Source: Lama glama (lineage: Eukaryota). From it: 64,000 nt of DNA. The notes under the pieces are model-generated. The model was not told the origin of the DNA, ran no database searches, and was given only the letters and a program-made list of their open reading frames with translations. Both the position numbers and the translations under genes were made by a program. The first letter of the stretch is position 1, and the number at the start of each line of letters is the position of its first letter. The stretch is from the NCBI GenBank assembly GCA_028534125.1, contig CM052817.1, forward strand, positions 66,342,001 to 66,406,000. The letters run 5' to 3'. Of this stretch, positions 22,981 to 37,416 are shown piece by piece.

Positions 22981-25301
22981 AGTCCTTACTTTACCAATTA
23001 TGCTCATGTCTCAATGTCTAAATGTGAAGCTATGGGTTCTGAGTGTGAACGTTCATCTGGAAAAGGGAGCATGCCCAGCCAGCACTGAAAATTATATCCT
23101 TCTTAAAAATGCTGAAAGACACCCAAATTCTATTAACAGTTTTCGCTTTAAAACATCACTTGATCATTTTAGACTTTAAAAATGCTATATGAGTTTTTCT
23201 AGTTTGTCTCCAAATTCCATAAAACATTTGCAACTGGATCAATCAGTCAGTCTCCATGTACAAATGAGAATATTTATTGAGCTACTACTTATGTTCAGAG
23301 TGAAGAAATAAAGGCTACAAGCTCTCTCTCAAGTGTCTATTTTCCTTCCAAGTTTCTGTCCACTTGGAGACATAACATAATAAAAACATAAACAATTGAA
23401 CAACCTTCTGCCTGTCCGCCTGGATCCCAGCATCAATGATAAATAATGTCTCAATATTCTTACAGGTTGACTTTCTTACTAAACTAAGACTAAAATTTAC
23501 CTGTGCTTACTCATCCAAATGTTTGGGGCTGAAACTATTTGGAACAAATTTAATGACCTTTAATAAAAATGTATGTGATGTGAATGTTTGCTTCTAGATA
23601 CAGTGGTTATATTCTTACTGATGTGCTTGCATGCATGTATGATGTTCTGAAAACGTGAATTCGACATGGTAAAAATAGGCATATCCATTACCACAGTGCT
23701 CTAACTACACTACTCATGGAACGTGGGCAAATGGCCAGCACAGATACTTACAAAATCTGAGTTTGCAATAATGATAGATTCTTATTCATTTTTGTAAATC
23801 CCTAGAGATGCTGTAGCTGAAAACCTTTTCAAGTAATGCAATGTCACTCTGCCCCTTCCTTGAAGTGACTGCTGCAGTCGACCCATTAGCATTACAGGTA
23901 TTTCTATTCTGCCTTTCAAAGGACAGGCTCAGGAGATGCGTGCCAAGGGTTCCTTGAATGAAATTCTACTGAGCAGCTTCTTCCAGCATGTTTGAGACTG
24001 TCAATTGCAGTGTGATGGATTTAATTGTTCAGCAAAGTGGAAATGCTTTCTTGGTTAATGGTATCTCTTTAAAGCAGGGTCAGATTATTGTGGAATTTTT
24101 CCAGGACCCTCACCCTTAGAAACAGAAGGAAAATGCTGATGCTATTAATTAGTGAGAAGAGGAGTTATCAGCTTTAATATCTTTGGAAATTAATCCATTG
24201 CTGTTATATTTCCCAACTTTTGTTTTTCCCTCTGGGACCTTTAATCAGATCCTAGATGTATCAGTAAACTGGGATTAAGAAGATGGGCTCAGACAGCCAG
24301 ACTCAGTGATAACTCTGTTATGATCTTCCCTGAAGATCTGAAACGTGGAAATACTGATGTTTATTAGGTCATGCAGATAATAATGCTAGGAATCTGTTCT
24401 ATAATTCATAGGTTACAAATTAATTAAAATTATGTCTGAGACAGTAGAGCACAGTATTTGAAAAGATGGCAGTGGTAACCAAATTCCTCTTCTCTGGGAA
24501 TCTAGAGATCTAGCTTCCTTTGGCTTTTCTTTTGAATAAAGTTTTTGTCTAAAACCAAAGGAATGATTATTTTTCTAGTAACTGGTTGTAATTGATTTTA
24601 ATAGTGTTTCTATATCTACTTTAGAAAGACATTTGCTTAATACATCAAAATGAAATTGACTTAATGCATTTAGAATTGAAGACTTGCATTTGCTAGGATT
24701 TCTGCTACTTCAAAATACAGTAAAACATTTGTGTGTGATTTGATACTGACCCTGGAGTGAGACGATCGCAGATATTTTGGAGGTCTTACGGCTGTGCTGA
24801 ATGACGTGGAGAAGAGATGATGGTTAGGTAATCAAATGGCAAATCCCGTTGGAGGGACATAGGTAGCATAGTCTCACCTTCATTCTTAGACACGAGCTGA
24901 TGCTCAGCGTGAATGAAGTTTAAAATGTGATGACAGAGATGGGAGGTTGGAACAAAAGGCTCAGGAAAATTCCTGGCGTGATTTCTATGAAATTTTACCA
25001 TTTGCTCCAGGGTTCTATTTATTTGGTCCCCATACTGTTCATTGAGCTGGGCCTCTGAAAAGAGATTGGCCAGCGTAGACAACTCCAGTGTTGCGAAGGC
25101 ATCCCATGTGTTCCAGGAAAGAACGGGGTTTCCTAGGTTCTTAGTGGGACATGCTGTGGTGATTCTTGGGATCCCAGTTAAGCTTCAGTCCATAGCTGCC
25201 TCTCGATCACATATTTCATTTGAGTTCTGCAATACCAAGAAAACTAGTAATAGTCAGTATTCCAACTTTGTTTCCTTGAGAGGCAGAATGGCCCATAGGC
25301 A

Positions 25302-25845
25302 TGTATCAGCATGATTTCAGCTACAAATAACAGGAAATACATGTAACAATTAGGAAGATATAAGGAAAATCTATTATGACATGGAAGATTTGAAGTATGG
25401 CATTTTTAATGTTGATTAAGTCAGCAGCTTAATGACAATATCAGAGATACAGAGTTGTTTTGTTTTGTTTTTTCCATTTTTCAGCTCTGGCATTTTTAGC
25501 CTGTCATCTGCTTCCTTCATGGTTGCAAGGCAGTTGTACAAGCTCATTCTGTACAATATTCACAGGCTAGAAGAGAAGACAGTGCAGCCTTTTTTTTCTT
25601 TTTTTTTTTAATAGAAAAGGAGGTTTCCTCTGAAGCCTTTCAGCATTTATACTGTCATATCTCACTTGACAGAATTGCACTTTTCCTCTAGTCCTAAACT
25701 AAAGCAAGGAAAAGAATATATGGGTATAATTAGCTTAGACTAATTAAAGGGCCCAGAACCCACTGAAGGTGGTCTGATATTTAAGGAAGTGAGGGTTCTT
25801 TTGGCAGGAAGAAGGGGTGAGTGGATACTGTGTAGGCTGACAGAT
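25302..25845 (-). mobile_element. MaLR LTR (MLT1J/K-like), degraded
   Basis: ttcagctacaaataacagg...ttcatggttgcaagg...catatctcacttgacagaattg. Confidence 0.55.
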
Positions 25846-25880
25846 GGAAGTTTCCTTGAAACTCAATAAACAATACAGTT

Positions 25881-26099
25881 CAGGGTTTCTCAGACCTGGC
25901 ACTTAATGACATCTTGGGCCAGATCATTCATTCTTTATTGTAGGCACTGTCCTGTGCATTGTAGGGTATTTACCAGTACCCCTGGCCTCTACTCAATAGA
26001 TGCCAATAGCAACCTGCCTCCCACCTTGTGACAACCATGTTGTGTCCCCAGGCAGGTGGGAGGAGGGGGAGCAAAATGACCTCCCACTGAGATGCACTG
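25881..26099 (+). mobile_element. MER20 hAT-Charlie DNA transposon
   Basis: cagggtttctca...ctgtcctgtgcattgtaggg...cctggcctctactcaatagatgccaatagca...gcactg; CAG...CTG termini. Confidence 0.85.
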
Positions 26100-27139
26100 A
26101 TTTAGTGGGTAGGCATGGGAGAGGGAAATTGTTTATCAGTAGACTATTGATGGATGATTTTAGGCTTAACCATGGACCTGTGAACCTGATCACATGCTAG
26201 GCTATATTGTGCATGAATGACTTGAGGCCACGTATGCCTTATGTCCCCTCCTAAAGACTTCTGCTGAATGTATGAGGCTTGCTGATCTCAGATTCACAGC
26301 TTTCTTTAACTCTCCATGAGGTGACCACAAGTCCTCTTGTGTGTGTGGAAACCCTGCAGGTGGCGGTCAAAGTCAGGGCAAGTGCTGGTTCAGGGTTCCG
26401 TGGGGAAAAGGCTGAAATCATGGTTTTAGTGAGAAAAACATACTCGATGTGAGAATATGAAGTGAGTTGTTACGTAGTTTCATTTGGCCTGCCAACCTTA
26501 CACATGTCCTAGAACTTGATGCATTCTCCTAGTAAATGGTTTAAATGCTGTGGAAGGGTTGCACCAGATCTAAGGAACTCAAAAAATGGTCCTCTGAAAT
26601 CAGGGCAGAACCTAGAGCCCTGGGTTTGAGACACACTGAACTGGAATTTTCAAATTTCTAGAGTCTGAAGGTGAAAAGCGTCACCATACTAGATAAACTG
26701 AATAACTAAAATAAGCCAGTTATTTAGAGAGTGTTACTTCAAACTAAAGTAATTCTGACTACTTAAGGTCTTCTCTCTCTTTGTTACAACTTATCTCTCA
26801 TTTCAATAGAGGAAGCAATTTAAACTTCTTTTCGTGGCAGATTTGCAAAAGAGACAGTTTGGGAGTAGAAATAAGGACAGATATCCCAGGAGGGGAAATA
26901 AAATGGCCAAAAGGAAAGTGAGGCACAAAAATGAAGAGTCGGAGGAATGAGAGAAGACATATGGACACAGGGATACACAGCAAAGTACCAATGGTACCAT
27001 CCTGTGCATAATTTATTCAGTTAATTCACAGATTTTTAAAATATTGGTGTTTATATTTTACAAATGACAATCCACTTCATGTTTTGTGCATTGACAGTTG
27101 AGTTGATTGCTCTGTGATTCTGTCTTAACATTCAGTTCC

Positions 27140-27380
27140 GTATGGCATGGTGGATATGAGTAGGAGTGTGAAGCAATGTCATCTTCACTTAACAGCTGTG
27201 TGACATTGGGAAATTATCAAATTACATTACAACTCTGTGCCTCAAATCCTGTAAAGTGAGCCTGCTAATAGAACCTAGCCCAGGGGGCAGTTGTGGGCAT
27301 TTTCCAAGTTATTTCAGGGTAAATTACTGATCACACTGGCTGGCATAGAGAAAATGTTTAACAACTGTTGTTGCTGTTTT
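27140..27380 (+). mobile_element. MIR SINE
   Basis: cacttaacagctgtgtgacattgg...ctctgtgcctca...ctgtaaagtg...ctggcatag. Confidence 0.65.
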
Positions 27381-28449
27381 TAAAATATTTCCTTGATTTT
27401 TCTCTTTCCAAGAGATCTTGGTACATTTCTAAATTTAAGCACTAAATTGAATAAGCTACAGTTGTCAGCATTCCTCACTAGTTGAACACATGCTTAGTGC
27501 TTCTCATTCTAATTCAAAAACAGTGGAGAACTATATTGTAGTGAGAATGTCTAGATGGGAAACACTGAAAAGTTACAGAAACCACAGTGATTAAAGTTTG
27601 GGATATGCAGATGGCTAAATACCAGTTTGCAAAAAGATTGTAGAAACTCAAGAAGAAAATCAAAATTTTGCTAATAATTTTGATAATAGAAGCTTTGACT
27701 TCATTCAATTATAAAAGAGTTGATATATATACGAAGTTTTATAAAGAGTGATTATATATATTCATAAAGCCTAGTAAAACAAGTCCCCATGTACTCATGA
27801 TACATTTAAAAATAAAACAAGAAGAGCTGTTCAAGACCTCTGTGTACCTCTTACTGAATTTTGTGTTTATCATTCTATTGCTTTTCTTTATACATTTACA
27901 ATATATTAATAACCCCTAAGCAACAATATTATTTGGTTTTACTTTTATTTGAACTTCAAATAATAGTTATCTGCCCTCTATATTTTCTGAGACTTGCTTT
28001 TTATTAAAAATCAACATTATATTTTTGGTATTAATCCAGGTGGGTATAGAGAGATTTAGTTTATTTCTTATCTTTGCTATAAATTTTTTATTATTTGGCT
28101 TACCATTTCTTATGTATTCACCATTCGATGGACATTTGGGTTGTTTCTAGCTGTTGGTTTTCACAAAGGTGCTGCAATGTACATGTCTTTTGGAGTACGT
28201 GGGCAAGAGTTTTTGGAGTAGAATTACTGGGTCAAAGAATTTAACTATGTTTGTGGTTACACGATAATGTCAGCTGTTTTCCAAAGTGAATATACTCGTT
28301 TGTATTCCCACCAGTAGTGTCTAAAAGTTTCAGTTGCTCTGTATTCTTACCAACCCTTGATATTGTGAGGCGTTTTTAAGTTTTACAAATATGAAAGTGT
28401 GACATGCTGTCTTAATTTGATTTCTCTGCGATAAATTTGAGCATTTATT

Positions 28450-28488
28450 TTTCTTTTTTTTATTGAAGTATAGTCCGTTTGCAGTGTA
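28450..28488 (-). mobile_element. Ultra-short 5'-truncated young L1 3' tail
   Basis: tttttttattgaagtatagtc...t is antisense of the L1 3' terminus also seen at 57440-57470; imperfect flanking repeat gagcatttattt/aagcacttcttt. Confidence 0.5.
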
Positions 28489-28690
28489 AGCACTTCTTTT
28501 TAATTGCACGTTCACACTTTTTTTTCCTGTAAAAGCCTCTTCCTACCTTTTGCCCGCTTTCAACCCTATCATTCATCTTGTAATTGATCTGTATGGTATG
28601 TGTTTATATATGGGAGACTCATGCATTGCCAGTTATATGTGTGGTAGATACCATCACCTGAATTTTGACTTGCTTTTGATATGGCTTATC

Positions 28691-29133
28691 TGTGGTTGGT
28701 GGGGATATTGGTGCCAAATTGTTCACGCTCCTGTAATAGGGTGATAGGTTTCCAGCCTTTGCCATGTAGCCACGGCTCCCCACCTCCATAGTCATGGGAG
28801 TATGATACCCTGAGTGTTGGGCTCGACCAAGTATCTTGCTTTGGCCAATGAGTTATGAGCAGATGTGACACAAGCAGAGGCATTAAATGTGCTTGTGCTG
28901 TTTGGCTTACCATCTATATTCCTGCCATTTTCGATAAGAACATGCGCTGGTTTAGCCAATGGTCCAAGGAAGACATGTGGAGCAACTGCAGCCCAACCCC
29001 AAGCCTGGAACCAAGGCCAGCTGGTATGTAGCCTACCAGCAGACCCATGCACAAGAGAAAGCATGCTTGTGATTATAAGACATTTGATTTGACATGATTT
29101 GTTACACTGATTATTACAACAGCTGAGTCAGAA
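28691..29133 (+). mobile_element. MaLR LTR (MLT1H/I-like) inserted in old L1
   Basis: cttgctttggccaatgag...gcagatgtgacacaagcagaggc...agacccatgc...tttgttacac. Confidence 0.7.
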
Positions 29134-31421
29134 CTAACAAGCAAAGCCTTTAATTTAATACGGTTGAATTTATCATTCCTTTCCTTTAGAGTCTGCATAT
29201 TTTATGTCTTGTTTAAATCTAGTTTCTCCCAAAGTCATAAACATGTTCTTTGTATACTGCTTAGAAACATCTTTCCTGTCTCAAGATTAACAAGATAATC
29301 TATTATATATGCGTTTAAGCCTATTAATAACAGGGAATTGATTTCATGTTGTGTGTGAAATAGTGCTCGGATTTACTTACTTTTTCACGTGAATACCACA
29401 ATTGCTTCAGCACAATTTATCCATTCTCCACTGATATATAATGCTGTCTTGTTTCCATATAACATTGTTTATACCTGTGCCAATATCACACTGTCTAAAT
29501 TCCTGTAGTTCTTTAGTATGTCTTGCTATCTGGTGGGGAAAGTCTTACCCTCTTCCTATTACAGAAAGTTTTAGCTATATTTCTTCCTTTGTTTATCATA
29601 TGCATTTATAGTCAGCTTGTCAAATTCCTTGAAAAGCCAGATTCATATTGGATCTATAGGTAAATTTGAAAACGTTGGACAGTTTTCTGATATTGTTTCA
29701 TTATAAAGCAGAATCTTTTTTTTTTGTCCATATGTGTATTTTATTTAATACTTCTTAGTAAAGTTTTTTAATTTACTTCATCAAGGTCTTGCACATTTTA
29801 AAAATAATTATTCTTGGTTACTTTTAATTTTGTCACTATTTTGCAGGTATTTTTAAAAAACTACATTCTCTATATGTTTGTATCTCCTAAATGCAATTGA
29901 GTTGTGTATAATGGATTTTTTTATTCAACAACCAGGTTAAAATCATGATTAATTTTAATAATTTATCTGTATAATGTTTTTAGTTTTCTAGGTCAAAATC
30001 ATATCATCTGGGATAATGATTGGATTTTTTTTTTACTCCTTACCAGTGTTCATAATGTTTGTTTCTTTTCATTTTATCTCGTTTATTGCCCTCAAACATT
30101 AAACAGCAGTAAGACAGTGGATTTCTTTCTTATTGATGTTTGCTTTAGGTTTTTTGTTTTTGTATTTGTGTCAGATTAAAGAAGTCCCCTTCTGTTCAAG
30201 GCTCCCTACATGGTTGATGAATTTTGTTAAATGCTTTTCTTGCATCTATTGAGATGACAATATAGTTTATCTCCTTTGACTTGTTAATGTGGTAAAGTAT
30301 ATTAATAGACTTTTTTCCCTAAGGTTAAGCTAACCTTTCATTCCTGGAAACAACTTAATTTGGTCATGACATATTGTATATTATGGATAGAGATATATGA
30401 CTGAGTTTGTTTCATTTTATCTTGTTTGCAATATTGGTTTATATTTTTTTCTTCTTTATACCATCCTCTAGCTTTTTAATCATGGTTATATTAGCCTAAC
30501 CAAATAAATGGGGTATTTTCCCTCTTTTGGATCCCAAGAATAATTTGTGTAAAATCAGAATTCTTTCTTTCTTGAGTATATGGTAAAATACATTTGCAAA
30601 AGTCATTTTGGACCTGTTGCTTCCTTTGTGGAAATATTTTAAAATACTAATTTAATACCTTTAAATGTTATAGTATTACTAAGGTTTCTACTTTGTTTTT
30701 AGTAAATCATATTTTTCTGGGCGTCTGTCCATATAATATTAGTTTTCAAATCAATTGTCTTAAAGCATTTAAAAAAAATCTACTCATTTGCAATTATATC
30801 TTCAATTTACTCACCAAATTTTGTTTTTAGCAACTTTAATGTGTCCCTCCGTAATAACTTTTGGCTTATTTGATTTTGTAATTTTTAATTTTATTTTGTC
30901 TTTTAAATTTGTTTGCTCTCTCATTAATTTCCCCCAGGATTTGTTTTTGTATGTCTTCTATATTTATAGTTGATATGAATGTCTGAAAATCTTAGTTCCT
31001 TGCCTGAAATATTCAGGCCATTCACATTTGATTGTGATCTCTTATATGTTTGGACTTATTTCTGTCATCTCATTTGAGACTTTCTATTTTTATTATGTGC
31101 TCTATTTTCCCCACTTTTTTCTTTCAAAACTTATTTTACATTAACTGATATTTTCCCCCATTATTACATTTTTTTCTTTCTATTTGTTTGGAAGTTACAC
31201 AGTATCTTAAATATTTTTTATAGATGATAGGAATTATGATGCTCAAATTTAACTTTGTGAAATCTGAATTTAATTAGTATGTTTACCCTTTTTCTTTAGA
31301 GTGCTTTAACTACACACAACTTACCCAGATTTATAACCTTTAGGTTGTAATAATTCAATCTTTTTTTAAATACCACACATTTTTACACATCTCTATCTAT
31401 ATATCTGGCTATCTCTATATA

Positions 31422-31446
31422 CGTGTGTGTGTGTGTGTGTGTGTGT
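31422..31446. repeat. (GT)n microsatellite
   Basis: Directly visible. Confidence 0.9.
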
Positions 31447-34309
31447 ATAGCTTTATACTAGGAACCCTCCATTACATTTAACCACATCCATACTTTTCTT
31501 AATTCATCATTTCCTCTTGAATTACAAACCTGTGTTCTGGGATCATATTCCTTCTTTGTGAAGTATATCTTTTAGAAGTTACTTTAGAAAAGCTTTTGTT
31601 GGTCAACACTCAGATTTTGTATTGTTTATATATGTCTTTTGTTGAGTATAGAATGCTAGGTTTAACAGTTATTTTTCTCAACACTTTAAAGAAATTTTTG
31701 CATTGTTTTCTGGTTTTCAACAAGTTAAGAAATCAGCTGTCACTTAAATTGTGATTTTGTTCTAGGTAGTCTTTCTTTTCTCTTTGGTTGCTTATAAAAC
31801 CTTTTTTTGTCATTTGTGTTCTGCATTAGTGCTGAATTATGTTTAGGTGGAGGTGTTTTTAAAATTATTTTGATAGGGATATGGTGAGCTTTTTAAACGT
31901 AAAAGCTTATTATTCAGTAAATTATGGGAAATCATCAGACATAATGTTACCATTTCCCAAGTTTCTGCATTACCACTTTCCAGAACCCTAGACAGATTTA
32001 TTACATCATTTTCTACACTTTCCCCACATCACCTAAACTCTCCTTCACATTTACTGTTGCTTTGTCTCTCTGTTTTAAATTATAACTTCTTTCTTCAAAT
32101 CGAATCTCCTGTTTACTTACAGATTTTTAACCTGATATTTAAGATTCTTATTGACTTAAAACACATATTTAAGGAAATGTACCAATTATTGCATATTCAT
32201 TTCAATAAATTGTCCCATCTAATAATTTTTTCTTAAATAGACTTTTTTTTTAAGGGCAGTTTTAGGTTCACAGCAAAATTAAGTGAAAGGTACAGAGATT
32301 TCCCTTATATCTCCTATCCATACAACACATAGCATCCCCACTATTGCCATTCCTCACCACACTGGTTTATTTATTACAGTTGATAAACCTACTTTGACAC
32401 ATCATAATAACCCGCAGTCCATAGTTTATTTTAGGGTTTATTCTTGGTATTTGTATGTTCTATGGGTTTGGATAAATACATAACGATATGTATCCAGCAT
32501 TACAATATCACATAGAGTAATATCACTGCCTTAAAAATTCTCTGTTGCAACCATTCATCCTATTGTCCTCCCTGACCACTGGCAACCACTGATCTTTTTA
32601 CTGCCTCCATAGTGTTGCTTTTTCCAGAATGTCATATAGTTGAAATCATACAGTATGTGGTCTTTTCGGATTGGCTTTCTTCACTTATCAGTATGCATTT
32701 CAGGTTCCTCCATGTCTTTTCATGGATTGATAGCTCATTTCTTCTTGTAACTGAAAAATATTTCATTGTCTGGATATATCACAGTTAATTAATCCATTCA
32801 CCTACTGAAGGAAGTCTTGGTTGTGTCCAAGTTTTGGCAGTAAAGAATAGAACTGCTATAAATACTTCTTGTGCAGATTTTTGTGTTGACATAGCTTTCA
32901 GCTCATTTGAGTAAATAGCAAGGACCATGATTACTGGATCATATGGTAAGAGCATGTTAAGTTTTGTAAGAAACTACCAAAATGTCTTCCACAGTGTCTT
33001 ACTATTTTGCATTCCCACCAGTAATAAATGAGTTTCTGTCGCTCCATACGCTCACCAGCATTTAGTGATGTCAGTTTTTTTTAATTTTGGCTATTCTAAT
33101 AGGTATGTAGTAGTATCTCATTGTTGTTAATTTGCATTTTCCTGATGACACAGAATGTGAAGCATCTTTTCATATGCTTGTTTTCCATCTGTATGTCTTG
33201 TTTGGTAAAGTGTCATCCAGGTTTTTAGTTCATTTTTTAAATTGGTTTATTCATTTTCTTATTGTTGAGTTTGAGGGTTTTTTTATATTTTGAATAATAG
33301 TCCTATATCAAATGTCTTTTGCAAATATTTTCTCCTAGCCTATGTCTTGTCTTCTCATTCTGTTGACCTTGTATTTTGGAAAACAGACGTTTTTAATTTT
33401 AATGAAGTCTGGATTATCAATTATTTCTTTCATGGATTGTGCCTTTGATGTTGTACTTTAAAAAGTCATCACCATAACCAAGGTTACCTAGATTTTCATC
33501 TGTGTTACCTTTTAGGAATTTTACATTTTGTATTTAGGTCTATGATCTATTTTGAGTTAATTTTTGTGAAGGGTATAAGGCCTATGTTGAGATTTTTTTT
33601 TTAATGTGTAGATGTCTAGTTGTTCCATCACCATTTATTGAAAAGACAATCTTTGCTCTACTGTATTGCCTTTGCTCCTTTGTCAAAGATCAGTTAACTA
33701 TAGTTCTGAATTCTCTATTCTTTCTATTGATCTATTTGTCTATTCTTTTGCCAGTACCATACTGTCTTGAATGTTGTTGTTTTATAATAAGCCTTAAAGT
33801 TGGGTAGTATCAGTCCTCTGATTTTGTTCTTCTTCTTTAATATTGTATTGGCTATTCTGGGTCTTGTCGCTCTCCACATAAACTTTGGAATTAGTTTTCT
33901 TTAATATCCATAAACCACCTTGATGGGATTTTGATTGGGATTGCACTGAATCTATAAATCAAGTTGGAAAGAACTGACATCTTGACAATATTGAGTCTTC
34001 CTATCCATGGATATGGAATATCCATTTATTTACTTCTTTGATTTCTTTCCATTTATTTACTTTTTGTTTATTTACTTCTTTGATTTCTTTCATCTGAGAT
34101 TTTAGTTTCCCATATGTAGATCCTACACATATTTTGTTAGATTTTTACCTAAGTATTTATTTTGGGGGGGTGCTTATATAAATGATTCTGTTTTTAATTT
34201 CAAATTCTTTGTTAATTGTGGTAACTAGGAAATCAATTGACTTTCCTATATTAACTTTGTATCCTGCAACCTTGCTATAATTACTTAGTTTTAGTAGTTT
34301 TTATTTTGA

Positions 34310-35169
34310 ATTTTCTATATAGATGATCATGTCTTCTGTGAAAAAAGACAGTTTTATTTCTTCCTTCCCAGTCTTCCCTCTGTATAATTTTTGTTTTCCT
34401 TTTTTTTTTTTTGCCTCTTTGCATTAACTGGAACTTCCAGTATGATGTTTAAAAGCAGTGGTGAGAGGGAACATCCTTTCCTTCTTCCTGATCTTAGTGG
34501 GAAAACTTTGAGTTTCTCACCACTAAGTATTAATGTTAGTTGTTGGCTCTGGGCTTTTTGTAGATGTTGTTTCATTTTGAAGAGGTGCGCCTCTACTCCT
34601 AGTTTGCTGAGAGTTTTTATTGTGAATGGATGTTGGATTTTGTCAAGTGCTTTTTCTGCAACTATTGATATAATCATGTGATTTTTCTTTTTTAGTTTAT
34701 TGATATGATGGATACGTTAACTGATTTTAGAATATTGAACCAGCCTTGTATACCTGGGATGAATCTCTCTTGGTCATGGTGTGTAATTCTTTTTATACTG
34801 CTAGATTTGATTTGCTAATATTTTTGAGGATGTTTGCACTTATATTCCTGGGGGATATTGGTATACAGTTTTCTCTTCCTGTTATATTTTTGTCTGATTT
34901 GGGTATAAGAGTAATGCTGATCTCATAGAAAGATTTAGGAAGTATTCCCTCTCTTCTATGGCCTGAAAGAGATTATAGAGTACTGGTGTAAGTTCTTCCT
35001 TAAATGTTTGGTAGAATTCTCCAGTGAACCCAACTAGGCCTGGTGCTGTCTTTTTATGGAGGCTAATAATTCTTAGTTCAGTTTCTTTAACAGATACAGG
35101 CCTATTCAAATGATCTATTTCTTCTTGTATGAGTTTTGGCAAATTGTGTCTTTCAAGGAATTGGTCCAT
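34310..35169 (-). pseudogene. LINE-1 ORF2p reverse transcriptase remnant
   Basis: MDQFLERHNLPKL..GFTGEFYQTFKEEL and MIISIVAEKALDKIQHPF..SGRRKGCSLSPLLLNIILE. The RT FADD motif is degraded to FTED (~34340-34350); frameshifts and stops present. Confidence 0.9.
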
Positions 35170-37416
35170 TTCAACTTGTGTATCAAACTTGTGGAGATAC
35201 AGTTGTTCATACTATTTCTCTATGGTTTTTTTAATATTCACAGACTCTGTAGAGGGGATCTCATCCCTCTTTCATTTTTGATACTAGTATTTTGTGGCTT
35301 CTCTTTTTTTTCCCCCTTAGTTAGCCTGACTGGGGCTGATCAATTTTATTGATCTTTTTCAAATAACCAGATATGGCTTAGTTGATTTTCTGTAATGATT
35401 CTTTATTTTCAGTTTCATTGATTTCTGCTCTAATTTTTATTATTTCTTTCTTCTGCTTATTTTGGATTTAATTTGCTCTTCTTATTTTTAGTTTCATAAG
35501 GTAGAAATTTAGACTATTGACTTTAGATCTTTCTTGTTTTCTAATATATGCATTCAACACTGTAAATTTCTCTCTAAGTACTGCTTTCACTGCACCCCAT
35601 AGATTTTGATGTTTTATTCTCATTTTCATTTAGTTCAAAAGATTTTTAAATTTCTCTTGAGATTTTTTTTTGACTCATGTGTTATTCAGAAGAGTGCTGC
35701 TTAATCTCTACATATTTTGGGATTTTCAAGCAATCTTTCTGTTGCTGATTTCTAGTTTCATTCCGTTGTCTGAGAACAGACATGGTTAAATTTCTGTTTT
35801 TAAATTTGTTAAGTTGTGTTTTATATTGCAGAATGTGATCTATCTTGGTAAATATTTTATGTGACCTTCAGAAAATTGTGTATTTTGGTAGTGTTGCTTA
35901 AATAATCTATAGATGATAATTGTATACAGTTTATTAATGGTGTTGAGTTCAGTTATGTCCTTACTAATTTTATGCTTGCTGGATCTGACCATTTCTGGGA
36001 GAGTGGTGTTGAAATCTTCAGTTATGATGGAGGATTCATCTTTTGATTCATGTTAGCATGGTCTATTTTCTTCCATTCATTTACTTTTAACCTTGTAGAT
36101 GTCATGTAGTCGGGTCATGTTTTTTGCTCCACTCTGACGATCTTTCTCTTTTGACAGGTGCATTTAGACCATTGACATCCAAAGTGATTATTGATACAGC
36201 TAGATTAGTATCTATCATATTTGCTACTGTTTTCCATTTGTTGCCTTTGTTCTTTTTTCCTTCTTTTGCCTTTTGCTCTTTTCTTCTATTTGTAGTTTGA
36301 ATTGAACATTTTCCATGTTTCCATTTCTCTCCTTTCTCGGGATGCCAGGTATACTTTTTCTTTTTTCTTTTTACCCTTTTTAGTGGTTTTCATAGAGTTT
36401 GCAATATACATTTACAGCTAGTACAAGTCCATATTCGCATAACACTGTACTACTCAACAGATGGTATTAATACTGTGTGATAAAATAATCCTAATTCCTC
36501 CTGTGTGCTATCATTACTGTTATTGATTTTACTTACATATAAATGTATATAAGCACATGTATACACAAGATACATACATAAGTATACATAATCAAGTGCA
36601 TTGTTACTATTATTGTGTTGAACAAATTGTTATGTGGTTAATCGATGAAGAATCAAGGAAACAAAAGTTTTTACTTCACCTTCACTTATTCCTTCTCGAG
36701 TGTTTTTCTCCTCTTTATGTATATCTCAGTTTCTGACCTGTATCATTTCCTTTCTCTAAAAAACTTACATTAATGTTTCTTTCAAGGCAATTCTCCTGAA
36801 AACAAATTATCCTAATTTTTATCCTAATTTGTCTGAGAATGTCTTTTTCTCTCACTCACTTTTGAAGGATAATTTGTAGGATATGGAATTCTGGGTTGGT
36901 GCTTTATTTTGCTTACATTTTAAGTGTTTCATTTGACCCTCTTGCTTACATGGTTTCTGAGGAAAAATTAGATGTAATTTTTACCTTTGCTTCTCTATAA
37001 GTAAGTTTTTTTCCCTGTGGGTTTTAAAAAATATTTTCTCTTTTTCTTTGATTTTCTATAGTTTGAATATGATTTGCCTAAATATTTGTTTGTTTCTTTT
37101 TGAATTTATTCTGCTTGGTATTTTCTGAGCTTCCTACACATTATTGCTTCAGATATTTCTTTCATTCTTTTCTGTCTTTCATCTTCCTCTGGTATTTCGT
37201 TTACATGTATGTTACACATTTATAATTGTCCCACAGTTTTTAGATATTGTACTTTCTTTTTTTTTCCTAGTTTTTTTCTTCTGTTCTCTTCTGTTTTGAA
37301 GTTTCTAGTGACATATCATCAAGCTGAGAAATTCTTTCTATACTCTCATTCAGTCTACTAATGAACCCATCAAAGGTATTCTTCATTTCTGTACAGTGTT
37401 TTTATTCTCTAGCTTT

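Larger units (their letters stand above)
27740..32210 (-). mobile_element. Old L1 (L1ME-like), 3' UTR to ORF1 region, heavily decayed
   Basis: T-rich antisense L1 with gatggacatttgggttgtttc, cccaccagtagtgt, gcatctattgagatga and ORF1-region motifs near 31600-32000; interrupted by younger inserts. Confidence 0.65.

Noticed and set aside
34020..34092. Repeat-spacer-like duplication (tttatttacttctttgatttctttc x2)
   Set aside because: Simple local duplication inside L1; not an array, and CRISPR is not expected in mammalian DNA.
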